Below are positions 18,912-31,543 of a stretch of 64,000 bases of DNA, in pieces; position 1 is the first letter of the stretch, and each line of letters begins with the position of its first letter. The stretch is from Candidatus Bathyarchaeota archaeon (GTDB lineage Archaea; Thermoproteota; Bathyarchaeia; Bathyarchaeales; Bathycorpusculaceae). Location of the stretch: NCBI GenBank assembly GCA_963717465.1, contig OY970340.1, forward strand, positions 608,001 through 672,000, given 5' to 3'. The translations under genes and the position numbers were made by a program. The notes beneath the pieces are model-generated. The model did not search any database, had not been told where the DNA came from, and worked only from the letters and a program-made list of their open reading frames with translations.

Positions 18912-18999
18912 TGGTGCGGAGGGTGGGATTTGAACCCACGAACCCCTGCGGGATAGGAGCCTCAGTCCTACGCCTTTGGCCATGCTGGGCGACCTCCGC
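18912..18999 (-). tRNA. tRNA-Leu(GAG), CCA encoded
   Basis: GCGGAGG acceptor, TAGGA-CTGAGGC-TCCTA anticodon arm, long variable arm, GGTTCAAATCC, ACCA end. Confidence 0.95.
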
Positions 19000-19149
19000 T
19001 TTAATGCTTATGCCTAAAGCGTTTTTGGGAAATATAGAATCATTCAGCCCATTTAAAGGCTTTACCGTAAAATTCCATGCTAACAGGACAACGTACTTTA
19101 GGCCCCTGCTTTGGCAGGCGAAAAGCGCCACGAATCTGGCAAAGATCAG

Positions 19150-20349
19150 TTATTTTACGGCTCTGATTACTCCTTCAATCTTGTTTAACTCGTCGATCAC
19201 GTTTTGTTCGACTCTTTGGTGCACAAGATAAACAGCCGTTGCATAACCCTGTCCTATTTGCCTAGATGGGTTTTCTCTGATGTTAACTCCATGGTCTGCA
19301 AGGACTTTGGCTATTTTGGCGAACATGCCTGGTTTGTCTTCGTGATAGATGAATAATTGGTAGGTTGGTCGCTGTTCTTGTTCGATGTTTTCTCCCGCGT
19401 TTACGGTGTTTGAAAAGTCTCCGTGTAGCAAGTAGTCGATTATGACTTTGGCCATTTCCACTGATGTTTTCTTCTGGGCTTCAATCGTGGATGCACCTAG
19501 ATGAGGAGTAAAAATAACATTATCCAATTCTCTCAGCTTGGAGCAAAATTGTGATTCTTCTGCCGATGGCTCTTCTTCAAAGACATCTATTGCTGCACCT
19601 GCTATGCCTCCCGCTTTCAGAGCATTGTACAATGCTTTTTCTTCAACGTTTGCTCCGCGGGCTGTGTTAATCAGAAAAGAGGTTGGTTTCATGAGCCATA
19701 GCTCTTTTTCTTCTACGATGGGTTGGTTTCCGCTAACATGAATGCTAACGTAATCAGCTTGAGACAGGACCTCTTCTTTTGTCACCTGTTTTATTCTCGA
19801 GGATGGCTTTGCAACTGGATCGTAACCTATTATTTCCATGTTAAAGTTGCCTACGAGTTCGCTGAGGCGTTGACCTATTCTGCCACACCCAATAATGCCA
19901 AGAGTTTTTCCTGAAAGTTCTGTTCCCTCAAAACGCTTCTTTCTCCAAACGCCCTCTTTAAGAGAATAATATCCTTGAGGCACTTTTCTTGAAATATCAA
20001 GCATTAACGCAAGCGCCAATTCTGCAGTTGCATTAGTGTTCCCAAAAGGAGCAGACTTAACGACGACTCCTTTTTCTGTGGCGGCTTTTATGTCAATGTT
20101 GTCTACTCCAACGCCGGCTCTCCCCACGATTTTTAATTTACCTTTTACACCAGCCTCAATCACTTCCTTGGTGACTTTGGTTGCGCTTCTTACAACTAAC
20201 GCATCAAATTCTCCAATCTGCGCTCGAAGAGAAACAGGGTCTCGCTTTTGTTTGTCTGCTTCAATTGCAGCTTGTTGAAAAAGTTTTATTCCTTCCTCAT
20301 CCATGCCATCATTCAGTAACACTTTCATACAGATCAACCATAGATTCAA
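19150..20349 (-). CDS. serA: D-3-phosphoglycerate dehydrogenase with ACT domain
   Basis: [37 protein letters not shown]. Confidence 0.9.
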   Translation of the reverse strand: MNLWLICMKVLLNDGMDEEGIKLFQQAAIEADKQKRDPVSLRAQIGEFDALVVRSATKVTKEVIEAGVKGKLKIVGRAGVGVDNIDIKAATEKGVVVKSAPFGNTNATAELALALMLDISRKVPQGYYSLKEGVWRKKRFEGTELSGKTLGIIGCGRIGQRLSELVGNFNMEIIGYDPVAKPSSRIKQVTKEEVLSQADYVSIHVSGNQPIVEEKELWLMKPTSFLINTARGANVEEKALYNALKAGGIAGAAIDVFEEEPSAEESQFCSKLRELDNVIFTPHLGASTIEAQKKTSVEMAKVIIDYLLHGDFSNTVNAGENIEQEQRPTYQLFIYHEDKPGMFAKIAKVLADHGVNIRENPSRQIGQGYATAVYLVHQRVEQNVIDELNKIEGVIRAVK

Positions 20350-20408
20350 TAACTAGTTGTATTCCGAAAATTTAGTTATTGCTGCCTTTTAACCTGTTCC
20401 TTCCAAAA

Positions 20409-20994
20409 CTAGCGAGATATCAAGAAAAGCCCAATATCAGCAAACAAGTTCGGCAAAAAACTTACTCTATTTTTCTTTCTTATGAACCCTGAGCGCTCAA
20501 TGTAAAAATTCCTTTTTTTGCAATACTCCTCAAAATCTGCAATGGCTAAAAAATGCAGGTTCGGAGTATCATACCATTCATAAGGCAACGCCTTCGTCAC
20601 AGGAACTCTGCCTTTAAAGAAAATCTGAAGCCTCGCAGATACATTCACAAAGTTTGGAAAGCCCACAATTGTTTTTTTCCCCACTCTTAAAGCCTCCTTG
20701 AGCACTAAATCAGGCTTTTTCACCTGTTGAAGTGTTTGATTCAAGATAACGTAATCAAAGCTTCCATCAGCAAATTCACTCAATCCCGAATCAATATCCT
20801 CCTGAAAAACACTCAGACCCAACGCTACACAATGCTGAATTGCTTGATCACTTAGCTCGATTCCTTGCGCCCTAACCTGCTTTTCCGTGATCAGAAGGGT
20901 TAGGAGCTCACCGTCGCCGCAGCCGAGATCAAGCACAGAAGAGCCATTTTTGATCCATTCTGAAATTATTTTATGCTCCATTTTGAAGCGTGTA

Positions 20995-21017
<23 letters not shown>
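20409..21017 (-). CDS. metW: Methionine biosynthesis protein MetW
   Basis: [29 protein letters not shown]; follows metX. Confidence 0.92.
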
Positions 21018-23489
<2,472 letters not shown>

Positions 23490-23534
23490 TCATGCTCCTT
23501 TTTTGTTTTTAGGTTGGTAAGACATTATCATCCG

Positions 23535-23547
23535 ATAACGCCGTTAT
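23535..23547. promoter_or_regulatory. Palindromic operator ATAAC-GCC-GTTAT
   Basis: Perfect 5-bp inverted repeat between metY and the HTH-CBS gene; recurs at three other promoters in the cluster. Confidence 0.7.
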
Positions 23548-23609
23548 ATGCTTTTTTGCAGCTTTTATTCCAAAAAGAATATGAGCAACCAGCAACAAAA
23601 CGCATAGTC

Positions 23610-24164
23610 ATGCTTCCAACAGCAGAAGATATCAGTCGAAAACGCCGCCAACTAGGCCTAAAACAAGCAGAACTCGCTAAAATGGCAGGCGTAAGCCAAT
23701 CCTTAATAGCCAAACTTGAAGCAGGAACCATCGACTCTTCATACACCAAAGTAAAAACCATATTTGATGTTCTTGAGCGATTAGAAGCAAAAACAAAAAT
23801 CCAAGAACGAAAAGTCGTACCCAACAGAGTAATCAGCATACAAAAAGATGAACCAATCTCAAAAGTCGTCCAACTCATGAAGGAACATGGCTACTCACAA
23901 ATTCCAGTATTTAACCGCAATCAGTCTGTAGGAAGCATTTCAGAAAAAACCATTCTACGGCAGATTTTAGACGGCAACGATTTGACCCAAATATCCGATC
24001 TACCCGTAAAAGAAATCATGGAAGAAGCCTTTCCACAAGTTGCAGAAGACGCCCCACTATCCCTAATTTCAAGCTTACTTCAGACCTATCAAGCAGTACT
24101 AGTAGCAAAACAAGGATCAATAGTAGGCATCATAACAAAAGCCGATTTGCTAAGGATCGTTTAG
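23610..24164 (+). CDS. XRE-HTH plus CBS-pair regulator
   Basis: GLKQAELAKMAGVSQSLIAKLEAG, YSQIPV, GIITKADLL. Confidence 0.9.
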   Translation: MLPTAEDISRKRRQLGLKQAELAKMAGVSQSLIAKLEAGTIDSSYTKVKTIFDVLERLEAKTKIQERKVVPNRVISIQKDEPISKVVQLMKEHGYSQIPVFNRNQSVGSISEKTILRQILDGNDLTQISDLPVKEIMEEAFPQVAEDAPLSLISSLLQTYQAVLVAKQGSIVGIITKADLLRIV

Positions 24165-24187
24165 CTCAACTCAAACAACTAAAAGCT

Positions 24188-25405
24188 CTATCCAAGAGCA
24201 GTCATGAACCTGTCAATTTCCTCACGAGTATTGTATATGTAAAAGCTTGCACGGGCAGAAGACGGCAACGTGAAAGTTTTATGCAAAGGTTGTGCACAGT
24301 GAAAGCCGCTTCGAATGGCTATGCCATAGTTATCGAGTACAAGTGCGACATCGTGAGATGAAAGACCCTCAACATTGAACGCGATGATTCCACTGCTAAA
24401 AGCTTTATTGCTATGCCCATAAATGGTGACACCTTTGAGTTCACCTAATCTTTTGAGGGCATAATCAGTTAACAGCCTTTCATGAGCCAAGACTTCCTTT
24501 AGCCCTATTTCTTGCAGGTAATCAACTGCAGCACCCAAGCCTATAGCACCGGCAATGTCAGGAGTGCCAGCCTCAAACTTTTCAGGCAGCACAGCATAAG
24601 ATATGTCACACTGCTCTTTCTCCTCATCGAATGACACCTCTTTTATCATGCTCCCGCCACCGTGGAAGGGCGTTAACTTCTCAAGAACAGATGTTTTCCC
24701 ATAAAGCACACCTATTCCAGTTGGACCAAGCATCTTATGACCGGAAAAAGCCAAAAAATCAGCATCTAAATCCTGGACATCCACGGGCATGTGCGGAACA
24801 GATTGAGCGCCATCAACCATCATCAACGCGCCATAATTATGAGCCAACCGGGCTAACTTTTTAATGTCATTGATTTCTCCAGTTACGTTTGAAACATGCG
24901 TTAAAGAAACAATCTTAGTCTTCGATGACAACTTCTTTTCAAAATCCCCATAATCAAGCGAGCCATCGCTCTTAATATCCACATATTTTACCTTAAAGCC
25001 TCTGATTCGAGAAAGAATGTTCCATGGAACAATGTTGCTATGATGCTCCATCAGCGAAAGCAAAACTTCATCGCCTTTCTTTAGCGAATGAAGCCCCAGC
25101 GAGTAAGCTACTAAGTTGATCGCTTCAGTAGTTCCTCTGACAAAAATGATTTCACCGGTTTCCTTGGCATTTATGAAACGGGCAACTTTTTCACGCGCTT
25201 GCTTTTCCATTTCTGTTGCTTCCAAGGCAAGAGTGTGAACACCTCTACTGATGTTGGCGTTGTGTTTTTCGTAGAAATCTACTATTGCTTTGATTACTTG
25301 CATTGGTTTTTGAGAAGTAGCTGCATTATCAAAGTAGATTAAAGGGTAATTGTTGATTTTGCGTTTCAGTATTGGAAAGTCTTCTCTAATCTTGTTAACG
25401 TCCAT
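24188..25405 (-). CDS. sufS: Cysteine desulfurase, SufS type
   Basis: YFDNAATSQKP, EHHSNIVPW, FSGHKMLGPTG, RSGFHCAQP. Confidence 0.95.
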   Translation of the reverse strand: MDVNKIREDFPILKRKINNYPLIYFDNAATSQKPMQVIKAIVDFYEKHNANISRGVHTLALEATEMEKQAREKVARFINAKETGEIIFVRGTTEAINLVAYSLGLHSLKKGDEVLLSLMEHHSNIVPWNILSRIRGFKVKYVDIKSDGSLDYGDFEKKLSSKTKIVSLTHVSNVTGEINDIKKLARLAHNYGALMMVDGAQSVPHMPVDVQDLDADFLAFSGHKMLGPTGIGVLYGKTSVLEKLTPFHGGGSMIKEVSFDEEKEQCDISYAVLPEKFEAGTPDIAGAIGLGAAVDYLQEIGLKEVLAHERLLTDYALKRLGELKGVTIYGHSNKAFSSGIIAFNVEGLSSHDVALVLDNYGIAIRSGFHCAQPLHKTFTLPSSARASFYIYNTREEIDRFMTALG

Positions 25406-25438
25406 GCAATTACCCTTTCTAGTAGGTTATTTTGATAA

Positions 25439-25451
25439 ATAACATCGTTAT
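25439..25451. promoter_or_regulatory. Palindromic operator ATAAC-ATC-GTTAT upstream of sufS
   Basis: Same motif as 23535. Confidence 0.7.
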
Positions 25452-25537
25452 ATAAATGTTCTTTAAATGACCAACCAATTCCCTTAGATCCACAATGAGA
25501 AAAACAATTTGAACCATGAAATTTATTAAGTTAAATT

Positions 25538-25550
25538 ATAAGACTGTTAT
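25538..25550. promoter_or_regulatory. Operator variant ATAAG-ACT-GTTAT upstream of the HTH gene
   Basis: One mismatch to the motif; lies between a TATA-like tract and the ATG. Confidence 0.6.
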
Positions 25551-25565
25551 AAAGGATAAGGTAAA

Positions 25566-25907
25566 ATGAGTGCTCGATGCGAAACTATTGGCAAGTTCGT
25601 AATGCCTGTTTTTAGGTCACTTGTTGCAAAAGAACTTGTGAACACCTATCATTTAACGCAAGTTGATGCCGCCAAGAAGCTTGGAACAACCCAAGCTGCA
25701 ATAAGTCAATACCTTACTTCAAAACGGGCAATCAAAGGCAGTGAACAATTCGTTGCGTTGTTGCCGAAAATTCAGGCTAAAGCAAAAGACACTGCCGAGC
25801 GTCTTGTTAAAAATGAAGTAAGCTGGAAGAATGTGACAGCAGATTTTTGTAAACTCTGCCTAACATTCTGTAAAGAAGATCAAGCAAGCCAAGATTATAA
25901 CATCTAA
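25566..25907 (+). CDS. Small archaeal HTH transcriptional regulator with Cys residues
   Basis: RCE...LTQVDAAKKLGTTQAAISQYLTSKRA...FCKLC. Confidence 0.85.
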   Translation: MSARCETIGKFVMPVFRSLVAKELVNTYHLTQVDAAKKLGTTQAAISQYLTSKRAIKGSEQFVALLPKIQAKAKDTAERLVKNEVSWKNVTADFCKLCLTFCKEDQASQDYNI

Positions 25908-26056
25908 CTACCGTTCTTTAAGCAGATTGTTGTAGTCATCCCAAACTGCAGGAGTTCGTTAACGGAGCTTCAATTTTGGTATTTGCGGCTCAAATAATTG
26001 GTAATTGTAGATTTACTTGCTAAGCTGTTTACCATAAGAGTTTTAAGCAACAATCT

Positions 26057-26069
26057 ATAACAGTGTTAT
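26057..26069. promoter_or_regulatory. Palindromic operator ATAAC-AGT-GTTAT upstream of cysK
   Basis: Extends to TATAAC/GTTATA; just downstream of a TTTTAAG TATA box. Confidence 0.7.
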
Positions 26070-26094
26070 AATTATTGTAAAAGGTGAAAAAGAC

Positions 26095-27048
26095 ATGCAA
26101 ATATCAAACAACGTATTAGACACAATAGGCAAAACACCCCTAGTACGCCTAAACCGATTAGTTGAAGGCTTAAACGCCACGGTTGTCGGCAAACTAGAAT
26201 CCAGAAATCCAGGTGGAAGTGTTAAAGACCGCATATGCCTCAGCATGATAAATGAAGCTGAAAAACAGGGACTAATCAAAAAAGAAACCGTTATCATTGA
26301 ACCTACAAGCGGAAACACCGGTATAGGCTTAGCCATGGTAGCAGCCGTAAGAGGATACAAACTTATCTTGGCAATGCCTGAAACCATGAGCATCGAGCGA
26401 AGAAATCTGCTAAAAGCCTACGGTGCACAACTCGTTTTGACACCAGGATCGGAAGGGATGAGCGGGGCAGTCAAAAAAGCGGAAGAACTTGCCAAAAACA
26501 CGCCGAATAGTTTTGTTCCCCAGCAATTTAAAAACTTTGCAAACCCGAAAATTCACAAGGATACGACTGGACCAGAAATTTGGAATGATACTGATGGAAA
26601 AGTGGATATTTTAGTTTCAGGTGTCGGCACGGGAGGCACTATAACAGGCGTTGCACAGTACATTAAATCGTTAAAACCAACGTTCAAGGCGATAGCTGTT
26701 GAGCCAGCGGCATCACCAGTGCTGAGCGGTGGAGCTAAAGGACTGCATAAAATTCAAGGCATAGGCGCGGGCTTTATCCCAGAAGTGCTGAAACTTGACT
26801 TAGTCGATGAAATATTCAAGGTAAAAGATGAAGAAGCGATACAAACTGCACGCCAATTAGTACAAAAAGAAGGCTTGCTCGTAGGAATATCTTCAGGAGC
26901 AGCTGCGTTTGCTGCACTAGAAGTAGCCAAGAGAGCAGAAAACAAGGGCAAACTCATCGTGGTTATTCTTCCTGATACTGGAGAGCGATATTTGAGCACT
27001 GTGCTATTCCAAGAGCCGCCTGCGCCAGACAATAGTCCAAAGATTTAA
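26095..27048 (+). CDS. cysK: Cysteine synthase A
   Basis: [40 protein letters not shown]. Confidence 0.97.
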   Translation: MQISNNVLDTIGKTPLVRLNRLVEGLNATVVGKLESRNPGGSVKDRICLSMINEAEKQGLIKKETVIIEPTSGNTGIGLAMVAAVRGYKLILAMPETMSIERRNLLKAYGAQLVLTPGSEGMSGAVKKAEELAKNTPNSFVPQQFKNFANPKIHKDTTGPEIWNDTDGKVDILVSGVGTGGTITGVAQYIKSLKPTFKAIAVEPAASPVLSGGAKGLHKIQGIGAGFIPEVLKLDLVDEIFKVKDEEAIQTARQLVQKEGLLVGISSGAAAFAALEVAKRAENKGKLIVVILPDTGERYLSTVLFQEPPAPDNSPKI

Positions 27049-27112
27049 AACCTAAAAACAATCTGTTTCTTTATATTCTTCTTTTGCGCCTTAAAAAGGG
27101 AAGTGAATATAA

Positions 27113-28171
27113 ATGGCAAGAAAGGTCGGTAAATCGCTTCCGAAAAAGTGTAGGGAATGCAAAGAAAGAGACTTATCTTCTGACTGCTGGAACCCTGAGA
27201 AAATGCTGAGCACTCTTATGCAGAATGTTGATACAGTAGAGAAGAATTGGCTTGAAGCAAGCTTACCGCTACTTGTGGACCAAATAATGGCCAATTATGA
27301 TAGGTTTGGAGGAATGGATCATCTTGAAGGAAGAGACCTCCCATCGAAAGATGTAGTTATTTCAGTCCTTGAAGACTTGTTCATGGTTCTTTTTCCAGGT
27401 TACATTGGGAAAGCAGAAATTACTAAGGCCAACATAAAATATCAGCTTGGAACGACCTTAACTTCAATTTATACAAGACTCACAGGCGAAGTTGAAAAAA
27501 GCCTCAAGTATATTTGTCGAAAAATCAGCGAGTGCCCTGAGGATATATGCCAGAAAAGAGCTCAAGTAGTAGTTAAAGAACTGCTGGAGAAAATACCTGA
27601 AATACGCTCTAAATTGAGTGGTGACATTGAATCAGCCTTCAGCGGGGACCCCGCTGCTACGAGCACGGAAGAAGTGATACTTAGTTACCCATGTGTTCTT
27701 GCAATAACAACTTACAGAATAGCCCACGAACTCTACCTTAGAGGAGTACCGTTAATTCCAAGAATAATGAGCGAGCACCTGCATTCATTAACGGGCATTG
27801 ATATTCATCCTGGAGCAAAAATAGGCAAAAACTTTTTCATTGATCACGGTACAGGGGTTGTAATCGGAGAAACAACTGAAATAGGGGATAACGTGAAACT
27901 TTACCAAGGAGTAACATTAGGTGCCCTAAGTTTCCCAAAAGATGAAAAAGGAAACATCATTAAAGGAAGAAAAAGGCATCCAACTGTTGGAAACAACGTT
28001 GTAATCTATTCTGGAGCAACACTTCTGGGACCTGACGCAGTTATAGGAGATAATGTGGTCATAGGCGGAAACGTTTGGGTTACAGAAAAAGTGGAACCAG
28101 ATACAAGAATAACCTTAGCAACCCCAGAACTAAAATACAAAAAAGAAAACCACAATAAAAAAAGCAAGTAA
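27113..28171 (+). CDS. cysE: Serine O-acetyltransferase (long form)
   Basis: [42 protein letters not shown]. Confidence 0.93.
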   Translation: MARKVGKSLPKKCRECKERDLSSDCWNPEKMLSTLMQNVDTVEKNWLEASLPLLVDQIMANYDRFGGMDHLEGRDLPSKDVVISVLEDLFMVLFPGYIGKAEITKANIKYQLGTTLTSIYTRLTGEVEKSLKYICRKISECPEDICQKRAQVVVKELLEKIPEIRSKLSGDIESAFSGDPAATSTEEVILSYPCVLAITTYRIAHELYLRGVPLIPRIMSEHLHSLTGIDIHPGAKIGKNFFIDHGTGVVIGETTEIGDNVKLYQGVTLGALSFPKDEKGNIIKGRKRHPTVGNNVVIYSGATLLGPDAVIGDNVVIGGNVWVTEKVEPDTRITLATPELKYKKENHNKKSK

Positions 28172-28178
28172 ATCTGTC

Positions 28179-28622
28179 TTAAATCAATCTAAAGTTTTCT
28201 TTTACACTTGTCAGTACTACATGCGTGTTTGTTCGTTCAATGTGAGCCATGGACAGCAACTTTTTAGTGAAGTGGCTTAGTTCTTCTCTATTCTTAAACT
28301 TTGCAACTATCATTGCGTCTGTTGATCCAGTGACATCGTATACGCCGCAGACGTTTGGAATTTTAGCTATTTCGCTTTCCATTTCCAAGAGTCTGCCTTT
28401 TGAAACAGTAATCTCGGTTATAACAGTCAATTGGTAACCAAGTTTTTCATGATCCAAAATAGCTGAGTATCCTTTGATTAGACCCTCATCTTCCATTTTC
28501 TTGATTCTCGAAAGAACCGTGCCGACCGAAACGCCAACATTCTTTGCGATTTGTCGGCTTGAGAACCTTGCATCTTCTAAGAGGCTTTGCAGGATTTTAA
28601 CGTCTGTTTCATTTAAATTCAT
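28179..28622 (-). CDS. Lrp/AsnC family regulator
   Basis: DARFSSRQIAKNVGVS...YDVTGSTD. Confidence 0.92.
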   Translation of the reverse strand: MNLNETDVKILQSLLEDARFSSRQIAKNVGVSVGTVLSRIKKMEDEGLIKGYSAILDHEKLGYQLTVITEITVSKGRLLEMESEIAKIPNVCGVYDVTGSTDAMIVAKFKNREELSHFTKKLLSMAHIERTNTHVVLTSVKENFRLI

Positions 28623-28821
28623 AAATCATCTCACCTTGCACATTTTTTCAGCTATACACACTTTTTAGTGACATACTTCTAATTATCTCCATATTATCTT
28701 AATAAAAGTTTAGCTTAATCAAGTAACCAGTTTGATAAATAACTGCAAGCAAATATTTCTTAGCATATATAAAGAGCAATCTTAAATTACCACGTTAAGA
28801 CCCAATAATCAGCGTGCGAAA

Positions 28822-30372
28822 ATGCAAGTAAAATACGACACTATACTCGTGCTCGACTTCGGGGGGCAATACTGCCACTTAATAGGTAGAAGAATCAGGG
28901 AACAAGGAGTCTACTCAGAAATAGTTCCACACGATATAACACCGCAAGAAATTAACGCTTTAAACGAGAAGTTCAATGTTAAAGGCTTAATTTTCTCAGG
29001 AGGACCCTCAAGCGTTTACGAGCCAAACGCTCCAAAAATTGACCCAAATATTCTAGAAGTCAACTTGCCAATTCTTGGCCTCTGCTACGGGCATCAATTA
29101 ATAGCTCAATTGTCAAAAGGCAAAGTTGAACCAGCAACATGCAAGGAATACGGGATCGCCCAAGTATTAATCGACAAACCCGTTGGCGTGTTAGAAGGTT
29201 TAAGCCAAAAAGAAAAGGTTTGGATGAGCCATGGGGATACTGTGTTCAGCTTACCCGTAGACTTTGAAGAGTTGGCGCATACTGAGAACTGCCCAGTTGC
29301 AGCCTTTAGACACAAACAAAAGCCCATTTACGGTTTACAATGGCATCCAGAAGTTATTCACACCGAAAACGGCGAACGTATGCTCCACAATTTTATCTTT
29401 CAAGTCTGCAAGTGCGAAGCTAACTGGCAAATGGAAGACCTAATAGAAAAAATGGTTAAAGAATTAAAAGCTGAAGTTGGCCAAGGCACAGCCATAATTG
29501 GCCTTAGCGGAGGCATCGATTCAAGCGTTGCCACAGCCATCGCAGCACGTGCATTGGATAATAGGTTAACAGCGGTTTTCGTTGACCATGGTTTCATGCG
29601 AGAAGGTGAGCCTGAATCGATTAGAGAAACGTTTCAGAAATTCAACATTAACTTCATAGTTGCCAATGCCCAAGAAAGATTCATGCAGAAACTTGAGGGC
29701 GTCAGTGAACCTGAAAAGAAACGCAAAATAATGGGAGAAGAATTTATTCGCGTTTTCGAAGAGGAAGCCCTCAAATCAGGAGCAGAATACCTTATTCAAG
29801 GAACAATTTATCCTGACAGAATAGAATCGGGGTTCCGAAAAAACTCGGATAAAATAAAAAGTCACCACAACGTGGCAGGGCTTCCTGAAAAAATAAAATT
29901 CAAAAAAATCCTGGAGCCTCTGCGCGACTTGTACAAAGATGAAGTGCGAAAGGTTGCCAGAATGCTTAATCTGCCAAATGAAATAGTTATGCGGCAACCG
30001 TTTCCTGGACCTGGACTTGCAGTTCGAATAATCGGTGAATTGACACTTGAGAAAGTTAGAATCACGAAGAAAGCTGACAAGATAGTCAGAGAGGAAATTG
30101 AGAAGAATGGCTTAGCTGAAAACCTTTGGCAGTACTTTGCCGTCTTAACAAACACTAGAGCAACAGGGGTTAAAGGTGATGCTCGAGCCTATGGCTACGT
30201 AGTTGCCGTTCGAACCATGGAAAGCCGTGAAGCCATGACTGCTAGCTTTGCAGAAATTCCATATCCAATTCTGGAAAAAATCTCAACTCGAATAACAAAC
30301 GAAATCCGCGAAGTCACGCATGTGGTTTACGACATAACTCATAAACCGCCCGCAACTATCGAATGGGAATAG
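28822..30372 (+). CDS. guaA: GMP synthase (glutamine-hydrolysing)
   Basis: LDFGGQY, GLCYGHQ, QWHPEV, SGGIDS, KPPATIEWE. Confidence 0.97.
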   Translation: MQVKYDTILVLDFGGQYCHLIGRRIREQGVYSEIVPHDITPQEINALNEKFNVKGLIFSGGPSSVYEPNAPKIDPNILEVNLPILGLCYGHQLIAQLSKGKVEPATCKEYGIAQVLIDKPVGVLEGLSQKEKVWMSHGDTVFSLPVDFEELAHTENCPVAAFRHKQKPIYGLQWHPEVIHTENGERMLHNFIFQVCKCEANWQMEDLIEKMVKELKAEVGQGTAIIGLSGGIDSSVATAIAARALDNRLTAVFVDHGFMREGEPESIRETFQKFNINFIVANAQERFMQKLEGVSEPEKKRKIMGEEFIRVFEEEALKSGAEYLIQGTIYPDRIESGFRKNSDKIKSHHNVAGLPEKIKFKKILEPLRDLYKDEVRKVARMLNLPNEIVMRQPFPGPGLAVRIIGELTLEKVRITKKADKIVREEIEKNGLAENLWQYFAVLTNTRATGVKGDARAYGYVVAVRTMESREAMTASFAEIPYPILEKISTRITNEIREVTHVVYDITHKPPATIEWE

Positions 30373-30432
30373 AGCGAGCCATAACTGTTTTATAAAGACA
30401 AGTTGAATATTGAAGCACGTCTGAAGGTGAAA

Positions 30433-31521
30433 ATGCTGAAAGCTGTGATATTAGCAGGCGGGTTTGCAACCAGACTCAGACCATTAAGCTGTGCCAGACC
30501 CAAAACACTTTTCCCAATAGTAAATAAACCGTTATTAGAGTGGATTTTTGAAAGACTCGCCAAGAGTAACGTGCAAGAAGCGATAATGGCCGTCAACGCA
30601 CTAACACAATTTTATCTTAAGCAGCAAAAAACACAGAAACACGGTTTAAGAATAAGGTTTTCCGTTGACCCCAAAACGCCTCTGGGAACGGGTGGACCGA
30701 TAAAAAAGGCTGAAAAATTCATCGGACGAACCGAACCTTTTCTTGTCTTAAACGGAGACATATTTACGGACATAAATTATGTTGAACTGGTAAATGCTCA
30801 TAAAAAAACAGGGGCGTTAGCGACATTAGCTCTCTGCAAAGTTGAAGACCCTTGCCAGTTTGGCGTTGCAGATTTAGACGAAAATAACTGCATAAAAAGA
30901 TTCGTGGAGAAACCATCCAGAGACAAAGCACCCTCTAACTTGATAAACGCTGGAGTATACGTTTTCAACCCTGAAGTTCTTGACTACATCCCAAAAGGAA
31001 AAGCAGTCTCAATAGAACGAGAAGTTTTTCCTAAACTAGCTGAAGAAAACAAGTTGTACGGACACTTAGTTAACGGGTTATGGATGGATATAGGTAAACC
31101 TGAAGAGTATTTGGAAACAAACAAGATAATTCTGGATTCTCTAAACAATCCTCAAAATTACAGTAAAGCCCAAAATTACGAAGTTAAAATGCCGATCGCT
31201 CTGGATAAAAAAGTTGTCATTGGCGAAAAATCAGTTATAGGACCATACGCTATCCTAGGAAAAAACGTTACAGTTGGAAAACATGCAAAAATAAGAAACT
31301 CAGTCGTTTTTCCAGACACAATAATTGGCGATGGCACAGTAATAGATGGCGCCGTAATCGGTGAAGGTGCAGTACTGGGGAAGAATGTTAAGGTTAACAA
31401 GGGATGCATGATTGCAGATCGTGTTAAAATAAAAGACAACGTTAACTTAACAGAGGAATCTTCGGTCTGCCCAGCTAAAGAGGTATCTGAAAACATTTTA
31501 AAAAGAAATATCATTTGTTAA
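30433..31521 (+). CDS. Sugar-1-phosphate nucleotidyltransferase with left-handed beta-helix (mannose-1-P guanylyltransferase-like)
   Basis: LAGGFATRLRP...PK, PLGTGG, FVEKP, WMDIG. Confidence 0.9.
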   Translation: MLKAVILAGGFATRLRPLSCARPKTLFPIVNKPLLEWIFERLAKSNVQEAIMAVNALTQFYLKQQKTQKHGLRIRFSVDPKTPLGTGGPIKKAEKFIGRTEPFLVLNGDIFTDINYVELVNAHKKTGALATLALCKVEDPCQFGVADLDENNCIKRFVEKPSRDKAPSNLINAGVYVFNPEVLDYIPKGKAVSIEREVFPKLAEENKLYGHLVNGLWMDIGKPEEYLETNKIILDSLNNPQNYSKAQNYEVKMPIALDKKVVIGEKSVIGPYAILGKNVTVGKHAKIRNSVVFPDTIIGDGTVIDGAVIGEGAVLGKNVKVNKGCMIADRVKIKDNVNLTEESSVCPAKEVSENILKRNIIC

Positions 31522-31543
31522 TAGTAAGAGTTGAAAAAGAATT

